Source: an uncultured virus (IMG/VR IMGVR_UViG_3300042894_007218)
Lineage: Duplodnaviria > Heunggongvirae > Uroviricota > Caudoviricetes
DNA: 64,000 bases
IMG/VR virus record: IMGVR_UViG_3300042894_007218
Reading direction: 5' to 3' (one strand)
A program made the position numbers and the translations under genes. Position 1 is the first letter of the stretch. Every line of letters starts with the position of its first letter. Under the pieces are notes generated by a model that worked only from the letters and a program-made list of their open reading frames with translations, searched no databases and had not been told where the DNA came from. Below, piece by piece: positions 8,833-17,882 of the stretch.

Positions 8833-11385
8833 ATGAATATAAAAGTAACGAAAAGAAATGGCAAAAAAGAACCAGTAATGCTAGATAAAATTGTTGAAAG
8901 AATTAATCAACAAACTTATGGATTGGATTCAAAGTGGATTTCACCTTTTGATGTAGCTCAAAAAGTTATTGCAGGTGTAACACCTGATATCAAAACTTCA
9001 ACATTAGATCAATTAGCTATGGAGACAGCAGCTTCATTGACTACAAAACATCCAGATTATTCTGTTTTAGCTGCAAGATTAGCAATTACGGCTTTACACA
9101 AAGAAACAAAAAAATCTTTTTCTGAAACAGCAAAAGATTTATATAATTATGTAAATCCAATTACTGGAAAACATTCTCCAATTGTTTCTTTGGAGTTTAA
9201 TAAGATTGTTCAAAAATATGCTGATGAGTTGGATTCGGCTATTGTTCACTCTAGAGATCATAATTTTGATTATTTTGGTTTTAAAACTTTGGAAAAATCT
9301 TATCTTCTAAAAATTAATGGCGTTGTTGCTGAAAGACCTCAGTATATGTATATGAGAACAGCTATTCAAATTTGGGGTGAGAATTTAGAAAAAGTTATTG
9401 AAACTTATAATACTCTTTCCGAAGGTTATTATACACATGCAACTCCTACACTATTTAATTCCGGAACAACAAGACCTCAGTTATCTTCTTGTTTTCTTTT
9501 AGATACTGAAAATGATTCAATCGAAGGAATTTTTAACACTCTTAAAGAAGCGGCTCAAATTTCTAAAAATGCAGGAGGTATTGGTATTTCATTTAATAAA
9601 GTAAGAGCTAAAGGAACTTACATCGCTGGAACTAACGGAACTTCAAATGGAATTATTCCTTTCTTAAAAATATTTAATGAGACGGCTAGAGCAGTCGACC
9701 AAGGTGGTGGTAAACGTAAAGGTTCAATTGCAATCTATATGGAACCTTGGCATGCTGATATTATGGAATTCTTAGACCTAAGAAAAAATCAAGGTAAAGA
9801 TGAGATTAGAGCAAGAGACCTTTTCTTAGCAATGTGGATGAATGACCTTTTCATGGAAAGAGTAGATTTAGATGAAGATTGGTCACTTATGTGTCCACAT
9901 GAGTGTGATGGTCTTAATGAAAGTTATGGCGAAGAGTTCAAAAAACTTTACTTAAAATATGAAAGTGAAGGTAAAGTAAAAAGAACTGTAAAGGCAAGAG
10001 AAGTTTGGAATAAAATCTTAGAATCTCAAATTGAAACAGGAACTCCTTATATTCTTTACAAGGATTCTATTAATGAGAAGTCAAATCAATCAAATATTGG
10101 AATTGTTAGAAGTTCTAATCTTTGCGCAGAAATTGTTGAGGCAACTGGTGTTACAAAAGTTCAGGAAGAAATACTTCAAAATAAAGAATTACTTGAATCT
10201 TTAGACTTAGGTGATTTTTATGGCGAAGAAAATGTAAATGAAACTGCTGTTTGTAACTTAGCTTCGATTGCTCTTCCTAAGTTTATTAACAAAAATAAAA
10301 CATATAACTTTAATAAATTATATGAAGTTGCTTACACCGCAATTATTAATTTAAATAATGTTATTGATGTTAATTACTACCCTTCAAGAGCTGCTAAGTT
10401 TTCAAATTTATTACACAGACCAGTTGGTTTAGGTGTTCAGGGTCTTTCTGATGTTTTCTTTACTTTAAGTTTGGCATATGATTCTGATGAAGCAAAACAG
10501 TTGAATAAAGAAATTTTTGAAACTATCTATTATGCTTCAATTAAAGCTTCTTGTGATTTAGCAAAAGAACAAGGAACTTATGCAACTTATGAAGGCTCTC
10601 CTATCTCTCAAGGTAAATTTCAATTTGATTTATGGGGTACTAAACCTACAAAAAGATGGGATTGGGAAAAACTAAGAGAAGAAGTTAAAAAACATGGTGT
10701 TAGAAACTCTTTAACAACTTGTATTATGCCAACTGCTTCTACAGCTTCTATCTTAGGAAATGAAGCGTCTTGTGAAGCTCAAACATCAAATATGTATACA
10801 AGAGGAGTTCTATCTGGAACATTTATCTTAGTAAATAAATATTTAGTTAAAGAATTAGTTAAGTTGGGTATCTGGGATGATAATTTAAGAAGAAGAATTA
10901 TTTCGGAAAATGGCTCTGTTCAGAATATTCCACAAATCCCTACTAATCTAAAAGAGATTTTCAAAACTGTTTATGAAATTAAACAAAAAGATGTTATCGA
11001 TATGGCGGCTGAAAGAGGAGCTTTTATTGACCAAACACAATCAATGAATATCTTTATGGATTCTCCGAACTTTGCGAAACTTACTTCAATGCATTTTTAT
11101 GGATGGGGTCGTAGAAGTTTTATGAAAGACACTAATGGTCAAATTATTCTTCCTCAGGGTGAGAATGTTGAAGTTGTCTATGATAAAGATGGTAATCCAA
11201 GATTCTATAGAGAAAAGAAGAACAACCTTAAAACTGGTATCTACTATCTAAGAAACAAATCTGCTTCAGATGCTGTTAAATTTACAGTTCAGGAAGAAAA
11301 AGATGTCAAGTCTGTTGAGGACCAGATGGCTGAAATCAGTTGTTCACTTGATAATCCAGATGATTGTTTAGCTTGTGGAGCTTAA
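8833..11385 (+). CDS. nrdA: Class Ia ribonucleotide reductase alpha subunit with ATP cone
   Basis: VTKRNG ATP cone, TPTLFNSG, SSCFL, SNLCAEI, MPTAS, GIYYLR, C-terminal CLAC. Confidence 0.96.
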   Translation: MNIKVTKRNGKKEPVMLDKIVERINQQTYGLDSKWISPFDVAQKVIAGVTPDIKTSTLDQLAMETAASLTTKHPDYSVLAARLAITALHKETKKSFSETAKDLYNYVNPITGKHSPIVSLEFNKIVQKYADELDSAIVHSRDHNFDYFGFKTLEKSYLLKINGVVAERPQYMYMRTAIQIWGENLEKVIETYNTLSEGYYTHATPTLFNSGTTRPQLSSCFLLDTENDSIEGIFNTLKEAAQISKNAGGIGISFNKVRAKGTYIAGTNGTSNGIIPFLKIFNETARAVDQGGGKRKGSIAIYMEPWHADIMEFLDLRKNQGKDEIRARDLFLAMWMNDLFMERVDLDEDWSLMCPHECDGLNESYGEEFKKLYLKYESEGKVKRTVKAREVWNKILESQIETGTPYILYKDSINEKSNQSNIGIVRSSNLCAEIVEATGVTKVQEEILQNKELLESLDLGDFYGEENVNETAVCNLASIALPKFINKNKTYNFNKLYEVAYTAIINLNNVIDVNYYPSRAAKFSNLLHRPVGLGVQGLSDVFFTLSLAYDSDEAKQLNKEIFETIYYASIKASCDLAKEQGTYATYEGSPISQGKFQFDLWGTKPTKRWDWEKLREEVKKHGVRNSLTTCIMPTASTASILGNEASCEAQTSNMYTRGVLSGTFILVNKYLVKELVKLGIWDDNLRRRIISENGSVQNIPQIPTNLKEIFKTVYEIKQKDVIDMAAERGAFIDQTQSMNIFMDSPNFAKLTSMHFYGWGRRSFMKDTNGQIILPQGENVEVVYDKDGNPRFYREKKNNLKTGIYYLRNKSASDAVKFTVQEEKDVKSVEDQMAEISCSLDNPDDCLACGA

Positions 11386-11396
11386 TAGATTTAAAT

Positions 11397-11431
11397 AAAA
11401 AAGGAGAAAATTTAAACTTTCTCCTTTTTTT
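11397..11431 (+). terminator. Intrinsic terminator after nrdA
   Basis: AAAAAGGAGAAA-loop-TTTCTCCTTTTTT hairpin. Confidence 0.75.
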
Positions 11432-11554
11432 GTGCTATAAAAAATCCACCTTCGAAAAAAACGAAATTTTGAAGGTCCATATATATCTTACTTTTGTAAA
11501 AAAATTATTAAACTTTAAAACTTTTTTAATTTTAGATATAAAAGATAAACTACT

Positions 11555-11622
11555 CCAGTAGTGAGATAGAGAGTTACTTCGTAATTTGGATTGAAAAAAC
11601 ACTCTCTGTCAGTTTACTCTGG
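11555..11622 (+). ncRNA. Short Y-RNA-like hairpin RNA (copy 1)
   Basis: CCAG/CTGG and GATAGAGAG/CTCTCTGTC stems around internal loop TAGTGA / AGTTTACT, TACTTCG after the stem; upstream of Ro60 gene. Confidence 0.7.
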
Positions 11623-11641
11623 TCAATATATAGTTTAAAAC

Positions 11642-11857
11642 GCAAACATAGCGATAGTTTGAGATACTTCGATACATTAATTTCTAAGATCGAAAAGTGT
11701 CTGATAGCGACAGCTAAGACTACCAACAAACCATTTTGGTTGAGGTGAAAAAGTCCGGATGACACCACGTAAAGGGTTAAGTGAGATGGTCACTACAACT
11801 ATCGGCAAAGTTTCGGGAGAATTCTTTGTAACGCTCAGGCTAAATTATCTTGTTTGC
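11642..11857 (+). ncRNA. Long Y-RNA-like structured RNA (copy 2)
   Basis: GCAAACA/TGTTTGC and TAGTTTGAG/CTCAGGCTA stems, internal loop TAGCGA / AATTATCT, TACTTCG; multibranch interior. Confidence 0.7.
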
Positions 11858-11867
11858 AAAATTATAT

Positions 11868-11910
11868 AAGAGACCAGATTTAACAGAAATGTTAGTCTGG
11901 TCTTTTTTTT
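11868..11910 (+). terminator. Intrinsic terminator between the ncRNAs and the Ro60 gene
   Basis: AGACCAGAT(T)TAAC-agaaat-GTTAGTCTGGTCT followed by a T-run. Confidence 0.8.
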
Positions 11911-11939
11911 GTTAAAAAAATTAAAAATAAAATAAAGTT

Positions 11940-13391
11940 ATGTCAAAATTTAACCAAACATTACCAAAACAAAAAACACTAACTGAAAACTTAGCTGGTG
12001 GTCAAGCTTACTCTCAATCTAGTGAGTTAGCACTTGTATCTTTGTTATTGACTTCTTTTGTCAATGACCAATTTTATAGAGGAGCTAAAGATACACTTCA
12101 AGATTTAAAGAAGTTATCTGAGAAAGTTAAAGACAAAGAGTTTGTCGCTAAATCTGCTATTTATGCTCGTGATAAGTTTGGGATGCGTAGTGTAACTCAC
12201 GCACTTGCGGCTGAATTAACTTCTCAGTTGAATGGTGCTGAGTGGGGTAAAGACTTTTACAATAAAGTTGTTGTAAGAGTTGATGACATGACTGAAATTC
12301 TTTCTTATTACTTAGCTTACAAAACCGAAAAAGACAACCCTAAGTTTCCAAACTCTTTGAAAAAAGGATTTGCTAAGGCTTTTGATAAATTTGATGGTTA
12401 TCAGTTGGCTAAGTACAAAGGAGAGAACAAAGATGTTAAGTTAGTTGATATTGTTAACTTAGTTCACCCTGTTCCAACTGGAAAAAATAAAGAAGCTTTA
12501 GAACTTCTTGTAAAAGGTGAGTTGAAAAACACCGAAACTTGGGAAGCTAAACTTTCAGCAGTTGGTCAGGTGGCTGAGTCCGAGGAAGAATTAGCCGATA
12601 TGAAGTCAAATGCTTGGTCTGAATTAATTAGCTCAAGAAAATTAGGTTATTTTGCACTTCTAAGAAACTTAAGAAACATTATTACTCAGTCTCCTGGGTC
12701 TGTAAAGGCGGCTTGTGAAATGTTAGTCGATGAAAAATTGATTAAAAACTCACGAGTTCTTCCTTTCCGTTTTGCAACTGCTTATGATGAAATCAACAAG
12801 ATTGGTTCATCCAAAGAAGTTAGAGATGTTTTGGTAGCTATTAATGGCGCACTTGAAGTTTCTATTCAAAACGTTCCTAAGTTTGATGGTGAAACTCTTG
12901 TGGTTATGGATGTTTCTGGTTCTATGATGGGTAGAGCATCTGAAATTGCTTCTCTTTTTGGGGCTGTTTTAGCAAAAGCAAATAACTGTGATGTTATGAC
13001 TTTTGCAACTGATGCCAACTACAAGTCATACAATCCTTTGGATTCTGTAATGTCTATTAGAAACAGTTTTAAGTATTCGGGCGGTGGAACTAATTTCAAA
13101 GCCATTTTTACAAAGGCAAACAAAAAGTATGACCGTATTATCATTTTAAGTGATATGCAAGGTTGGATTGGTTATACTACACCAGCATCTGAATTTAAAT
13201 CTTATAAGAATAAATTCGGGGCTAATCCTTTTGTATATTCTTGGGACTTAGCGGGGTATTCAACACTTCAATTTCCTGAAAGTAGTGTTTTCGCGTTGGC
13301 CGGGTTTAGTGATAAGGTTTTTGATATTATGTCTTTATTAGAGACTGATAAGAAAGCACTTTATAATGAAATAAAATCTATACAACTTTAA
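11940..13391 (+). CDS. rsr: Ro60/Rsr-like TROVE-domain RNA-binding protein with vWA domain
   Basis: NLAGGQAY, FDGYQLAKY, TWE, ALLRNLRNI, LPFRF, vWA DVSGSM, GGT, SDMQ. Confidence 0.92.
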   Translation: MSKFNQTLPKQKTLTENLAGGQAYSQSSELALVSLLLTSFVNDQFYRGAKDTLQDLKKLSEKVKDKEFVAKSAIYARDKFGMRSVTHALAAELTSQLNGAEWGKDFYNKVVVRVDDMTEILSYYLAYKTEKDNPKFPNSLKKGFAKAFDKFDGYQLAKYKGENKDVKLVDIVNLVHPVPTGKNKEALELLVKGELKNTETWEAKLSAVGQVAESEEELADMKSNAWSELISSRKLGYFALLRNLRNIITQSPGSVKAACEMLVDEKLIKNSRVLPFRFATAYDEINKIGSSKEVRDVLVAINGALEVSIQNVPKFDGETLVVMDVSGSMMGRASEIASLFGAVLAKANNCDVMTFATDANYKSYNPLDSVMSIRNSFKYSGGGTNFKAIFTKANKKYDRIIILSDMQGWIGYTTPASEFKSYKNKFGANPFVYSWDLAGYSTLQFPESSVFALAGFSDKVFDIMSLLETDKKALYNEIKSIQL

Positions 13392-13923
13392 AAGTGAAGC
13401 CTTTGTGGTGTGGTCTTAATCCATTTAAGACCATGCTAATTTTGGGCCTGTTTAGGTTTAGTTTCTCTGAACATTCTTTTATAGAGTCGAATGTTCCTAT
13501 TAATTCATTGTCTTTATAACATTCAATTTTTATTGACTTATACTCTTTAAATGCTATAGCTGCTTTTTTTGGTGGTTTTCTACCTTTTAAAGTTTTTCTT
13601 ATTTTCTCTTTTGTTTCTTCTGATATTTGATAGCAATCACCACCTTCTCTTATATTAGTTAAATCATAATCTTTATTATATTGATTTATATAATATCTTT
13701 CCCAATAATTGACATCACCACTGTTACATTCTTTTACTATTTCCAATATTGGTTTTTTATTTTTATCTAATAGAAACTTTACCCAATTACATTTATGATC
13801 ATTTCTTCTCTTTGATTCTGATATGTGTCTTCTATATCGAACTTTTGGATTCACTGATTGCCCAACATATCTAACATCATTAGTTATTGAACATTTTAAT
13901 ATGTAGATATAATGTTTTCTCAT
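13378..13923 (-). CDS. GIY-YIG homing endonuclease with NUMOD-like DNA-binding tail
   Basis: YIYIL...RYVGQS...R, E..YI, LTN; SEETKEKIR; FDSIKECSEKL. Confidence 0.85.
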   Translation of the reverse strand: MRKHYIYILKCSITNDVRYVGQSVNPKVRYRRHISESKRRNDHKCNWVKFLLDKNKKPILEIVKECNSGDVNYWERYYINQYNKDYDLTNIREGGDCYQISEETKEKIRKTLKGRKPPKKAAIAFKEYKSIKIECYKDNELIGTFDSIKECSEKLNLNRPKISMVLNGLRPHHKGFTFKVV

Positions 13924-14063
13924 TATTTATTTTCATTTTTTATATCAGTATAAACATATCTACCAGATGGCATTTTTTCTACTTTTATCCATCCTTTTTT
14001 TACCCAATTACTTAGAGTATTTCTAGTAATATTGTACCTTTCCATTATTTCTTTTGCTTTCAT
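13923..14063 (-). CDS. 46 aa MerR/IS607-like HTH protein (not in ORF track)
   Basis: Hand translation MKAKEIMERYNITRNTLSNWVKKGWIKVEKMPSGRYVYTDIKNENK; TAATG overlap with the GIY-YIG start. Confidence 0.7.
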   Translation of the reverse strand: MKAKEIMERYNITRNTLSNWVKKGWIKVEKMPSGRYVYTDIKNENK

Positions 14064-14125
14064 AGTTTATATATTTGATTTTAGAAATCATTTTTGTATA
14101 TTTTTGTATATTTCTCAAAAATAAA

Positions 14126-14155
14126 TAAAAAACCCACTCATTGAGTGGGTTTTTT
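14126..14155. terminator. Intrinsic terminator
   Basis: AAAAAACCCACTC-att-GAGTGGGTTTTTT. Confidence 0.75.
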
Positions 14156-14924
14156 ATTTCCATATTTTTTCTAAATCTATTCTTGAATTGATATCAATTA
14201 CTTTGCCGTTTCTTATCAAAGAGTATTTTTGTAGAGGAAGAAAAATTTTAAGTATATTATTAATCTTTTCAAATTCTTCTGGCTCTATATCATGATTAAA
14301 TATTTGTATCATATTCTCAATTTCTTCAAAACCTATTGATTTTCTGTCTAATAGAAAGTAAGTAAACTCATAAAAGTAATCGTTATATTTTTCAGATTCT
14401 GTATTATTATGTTTAAATATTAAAAAATTAGTTAAACAGTTTTCTATTCCTATTGTTGGTAAAGAAAATTTGTAACCATCAATTTCAAAACATTTAAGTT
14501 CTTTATTGTAATTTTCAATTAAATTGTCATTTAATTTAAAATAATTAAAATAGTCGGAAGAAAATTCTATAGTATCTGGTTTACCTGTCATTTCATTTAT
14601 AAAATCAATTTTAATTGATTTGCCTTTTGTAAATTTTACTATTTCTAAAAACAAAAATACGACATCTATACTTTTTATATCTTCGAATGTATATTCTTTT
14701 GTTAGAACTATATTTTTTTCAACAATCTTTTTAACTTTATAAATAATTAGACCAAGATTATCTTTGATAAAATCAACTTCATATTCATTAATATCATTTT
14801 GTTCGGCTTTTCTAATACTTATTTCAAAGTCATCTTTATAAAAAAGTCCCTGTGATGGTAGAAATCTTTTTTCAACCTTCTTTTGAATATTTAATAGGTT
14901 TTTTACTAAATTTAATAAGTTCAT
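14154..14924 (-). CDS. Putative baseplate hub assembly-like protein
   Basis: LPSQGLFY and D..FLFLEI pattern recalled from T4-like hub proteins. Confidence 0.4.
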   Translation of the reverse strand: MNLLNLVKNLLNIQKKVEKRFLPSQGLFYKDDFEISIRKAEQNDINEYEVDFIKDNLGLIIYKVKKIVEKNIVLTKEYTFEDIKSIDVVFLFLEIVKFTKGKSIKIDFINEMTGKPDTIEFSSDYFNYFKLNDNLIENYNKELKCFEIDGYKFSLPTIGIENCLTNFLIFKHNNTESEKYNDYFYEFTYFLLDRKSIGFEEIENMIQIFNHDIEPEEFEKINNILKIFLPLQKYSLIRNGKVIDINSRIDLEKIWK

Positions 14925-14975
14925 ACTAAGTATATATTATTTCACGGAGAGTACATGATGTGTAATATATAAACC

Positions 14976-15680
14976 ATGATTATCAATGGTGATTGTATTG
15001 AAGAATTAAAAAAAATCGAAGATAATTCTATTGACCTTATTTTGACGGATCCTCCATATTTTATTTCAAAAGAGTCAAATTTTAAAAAAATATCTGATAC
15101 AACTTCTCAAGAAATGGCTACAAAGTATAACATTTCTATTGATTTTGGTGAATGGGATAAGGGTGGATTAGATTGGAAAGCAATTTTCTCTGAATATAGT
15201 CGTGTATTAAAAAAAGGTGGAACTCTTATCATATTTTATGATGTTTGGAAGAGCAGTGAATTAAAAGAAGTCGCTGATATTTTTAAATTCAAGCAATCCA
15301 GGATTTGTGCTTGGATTAAAACAAATCCAGTTCCTATCAATTCTAAAATCAATTATTTATCAAATGCGACTGAATATTTTTTTACATTTGTTAAAGGCTC
15401 TAAGCCCACATTCAACTCAGAATATGATAATGGTTTTTATCATTATCCTATATGTCATGGTAAAGAAAGATATCAACATCCAACTCAAAAGCCATTAGGT
15501 TTGATTACATCTTTAATAGAAAAACATTCAAATCCAGGTGATAAAGTTTTAGATTCTTTTGCTGGAACCGGTACAACCGGTCACGCTTGTCAATTATTAA
15601 ATAGGAGTTTTGTTTTGATAGAAAAAGACAAAAACTACTACGATATTATAAAACAAAGACTAAACAAAATAGAAGTTTAG
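14976..15680 (+). CDS. DNA N6-A/N4-C methyltransferase (beta class)
   Basis: TDPPY, HPTQKP, DSFAGTGTT. Confidence 0.92.
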   Translation: MIINGDCIEELKKIEDNSIDLILTDPPYFISKESNFKKISDTTSQEMATKYNISIDFGEWDKGGLDWKAIFSEYSRVLKKGGTLIIFYDVWKSSELKEVADIFKFKQSRICAWIKTNPVPINSKINYLSNATEYFFTFVKGSKPTFNSEYDNGFYHYPICHGKERYQHPTQKPLGLITSLIEKHSNPGDKVLDSFAGTGTTGHACQLLNRSFVLIEKDKNYYDIIKQRLNKIEV

Positions 15681-15710
15681 TAATATATAAAAAAAATAAT
15701 TAAAATAATT

Positions 15711-16112
15711 ATGTCTATTATAATAAAAAATTCACAAATTAACAACGATACTATTCAAGCACTAAACAATTTAATTGAACTTGATATCAATGCATCTGTT
15801 GCATTTCGTCTAATGAGAATTATTAAAGAATTATCATCTATTGTTGATGATAAGTTAAAGATGGAAAAGAAAATTCTTGAAAAATGGGTACAAAGAGATG
15901 AAGCTGGAAATCCAGTTCCTGCAAAAGATGATAATGGTAACTTTGTAGATGGTGCTGTTAGTATTATGAATGTTGATGAGTTTACAAATGAAATGTCCCA
16001 ATTAATGGATGTTGAAAATGAAATTCCATATGAAAGAATAAATTTTGAAGATTTAAATTTACAAACAGCAAAAGTCAAAGACTTAATAAAATTAGAATTT
16101 TTATTCAATTAA
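15711..16112 (+). CDS. Hypothetical protein
   Basis: 133 aa ORF, followed by a terminator hairpin at ~16135-16160. Confidence 0.65.
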   Translation: MSIIIKNSQINNDTIQALNNLIELDINASVAFRLMRIIKELSSIVDDKLKMEKKILEKWVQRDEAGNPVPAKDDNGNFVDGAVSIMNVDEFTNEMSQLMDVENEIPYERINFEDLNLQTAKVKDLIKLEFLFN

Positions 16113-16194
16113 ATTTTATCAAATCAAATAATTTTAACCTGGTGTCATCATCAGGTTTTTTCTTTTTAATATATACTTAAAAAGTAAAAAATCA

Positions 16195-17880
16195 ATGCCG
16201 GTTACTTATAGTTTAAATGTTGGAACAATAACAGAATCTTTTCGAAAAGCTGATATTTTTACAGTATTACAAGATCTTCCAGATAACACACAAAAAATGA
16301 TATCACCTCGAGATGTCAGAGATGCGTTTTTGACAACTTGGGCTACTTCAGTTTTTAAAGTAACAACACCTAATAACTTATCTAATTTAGAATATATTGG
16401 AATAGATACTGGAAATCCAAATGATAGAGATATCAAAAAGAAAATTCTATTAGGTAAAAGAAGTTTTGGTAATTTGGATGTAATGTCAAACTCACTACTA
16501 CAAAATAGCGATGCTGATATTTTTATCTATAATACAAAACCTGATTCTGTTGCTCAAAATTCAACTAAAATGGCAATTTTGTCAGGTACTAGTTCCGCAT
16601 TACATATCTATGCTCCGTATTTAGAATCTTATGCAACCGGATCGATAGTTGACTTTAATATTGTTAACCCATCTTTATCTGGTGGTGCTATAAACTTATT
16701 CTCATCTGCTGGTAGAGTTTCAATTAATGGAATTGTATTTCCTACTGCTCAAGAAACTGGTCTATCAGCATCAAATGGTAGAATTTTAAGATACTCAGGA
16801 ACATATCCATCTGGATATTTAAGATGGGATGATGCTACGTTAACTGTTACAAGTATAGGAACTCCTGGTATCACCACAAGTATTTTTGGAAGTCCTGTTT
16901 TAGTAAACGGTCAATCATTAGAGTTTGTAGATAACTCTTTGGTTCCAGTTACAATTGGTGGAGTTACACAAAGTAGTTCTTTTCCTCAAGACTCTTTTAC
17001 AGCTGGTGGTTTTACAACTCCTGGTAGTGGTCAAAACTGGCCGTTGACTGAGGTACTAAGAAAGGTTCTTTATCCATATATTGAGCCTGTTTTACAGTTA
17101 AGTGTTTACAACACAGCTACTGGTACAACCTATGCTGAAGTTGGAACAACTATTAGTGTAAGTGTAACTTTTTCTGTAACTACTTATGCAAGAGATAATA
17201 ATGAATATATTGTTCAACATTTGGTTAAGGAGTATCAAAATTCAGGAACAAACAGCCTTTATTTTTCCTCAGTGACTTTTAGTGATATACCAGGTAGTGT
17301 TACTTACTCAATTTTTACTTATTCGAGATATGAAGCTACAATTTCATCACCAGAAATTCAATTAGCAGTTTCAACCGAGCCTAATCCTTTACTTGTGTCA
17401 ACTGCGTCTTTTGGTCCTTTTTCTGATACAGGTGGTGGTTTTTCTTTTTCCACAAGAAAGACTATAAACTTTATAGCACCTGTTGTTGGTTCATTTGAAA
17501 GTTTCACTTTTTCTGGTGCAAGTAGTAGTGCGGGTGTTAGAGATATACTAATCAGTAATACAGTACAAAAAATAATTCAGCCATACAATGGTGGTTCTCA
17601 ATCTTTTTACCTGGCTGTTGCTGGTTCTGGTTATTTGTATTTTGCTTATCCACAAAGTTATGGTTACTTAAATTACATTAAAGATCCAAATGGATTTGTG
17701 TTACATGATGTTAATTCTACACTTTATTCGGCTTTTACTTATTCTGTTACTGCTAGTACAAGTGTTATGGTATCTTCTACACCGACCGCTCCTTATACTT
17801 ATTATGGTACATACATTGTTTATAGAACTATAGCGACTTGTAGTAATTCGATGGCTGCGCCTTTTGAACTAATATTTTAA
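16195..17880 (+). CDS. Virion structural protein (S/T/G-rich); paralog of 17883
   Basis: Shares LPDN.QK.ISP.D.RD, YIG.DTGNP, YNTK.D, LR..(L/I)Y.Y and YF.YP..YG.L with the next gene. Confidence 0.7.
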   Translation: MPVTYSLNVGTITESFRKADIFTVLQDLPDNTQKMISPRDVRDAFLTTWATSVFKVTTPNNLSNLEYIGIDTGNPNDRDIKKKILLGKRSFGNLDVMSNSLLQNSDADIFIYNTKPDSVAQNSTKMAILSGTSSALHIYAPYLESYATGSIVDFNIVNPSLSGGAINLFSSAGRVSINGIVFPTAQETGLSASNGRILRYSGTYPSGYLRWDDATLTVTSIGTPGITTSIFGSPVLVNGQSLEFVDNSLVPVTIGGVTQSSSFPQDSFTAGGFTTPGSGQNWPLTEVLRKVLYPYIEPVLQLSVYNTATGTTYAEVGTTISVSVTFSVTTYARDNNEYIVQHLVKEYQNSGTNSLYFSSVTFSDIPGSVTYSIFTYSRYEATISSPEIQLAVSTEPNPLLVSTASFGPFSDTGGGFSFSTRKTINFIAPVVGSFESFTFSGASSSAGVRDILISNTVQKIIQPYNGGSQSFYLAVAGSGYLYFAYPQSYGYLNYIKDPNGFVLHDVNSTLYSAFTYSVTASTSVMVSSTPTAPYTYYGTYIVYRTIATCSNSMAAPFELIF

Positions 17881-17882
17881 AT

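Noticed and set aside
11364..11768. ORFs 11364..11561 (+) and 11574..11768 (-)
   Set aside because: They overlap a terminator, a promoter region and the structured ncRNAs; no protein-like features
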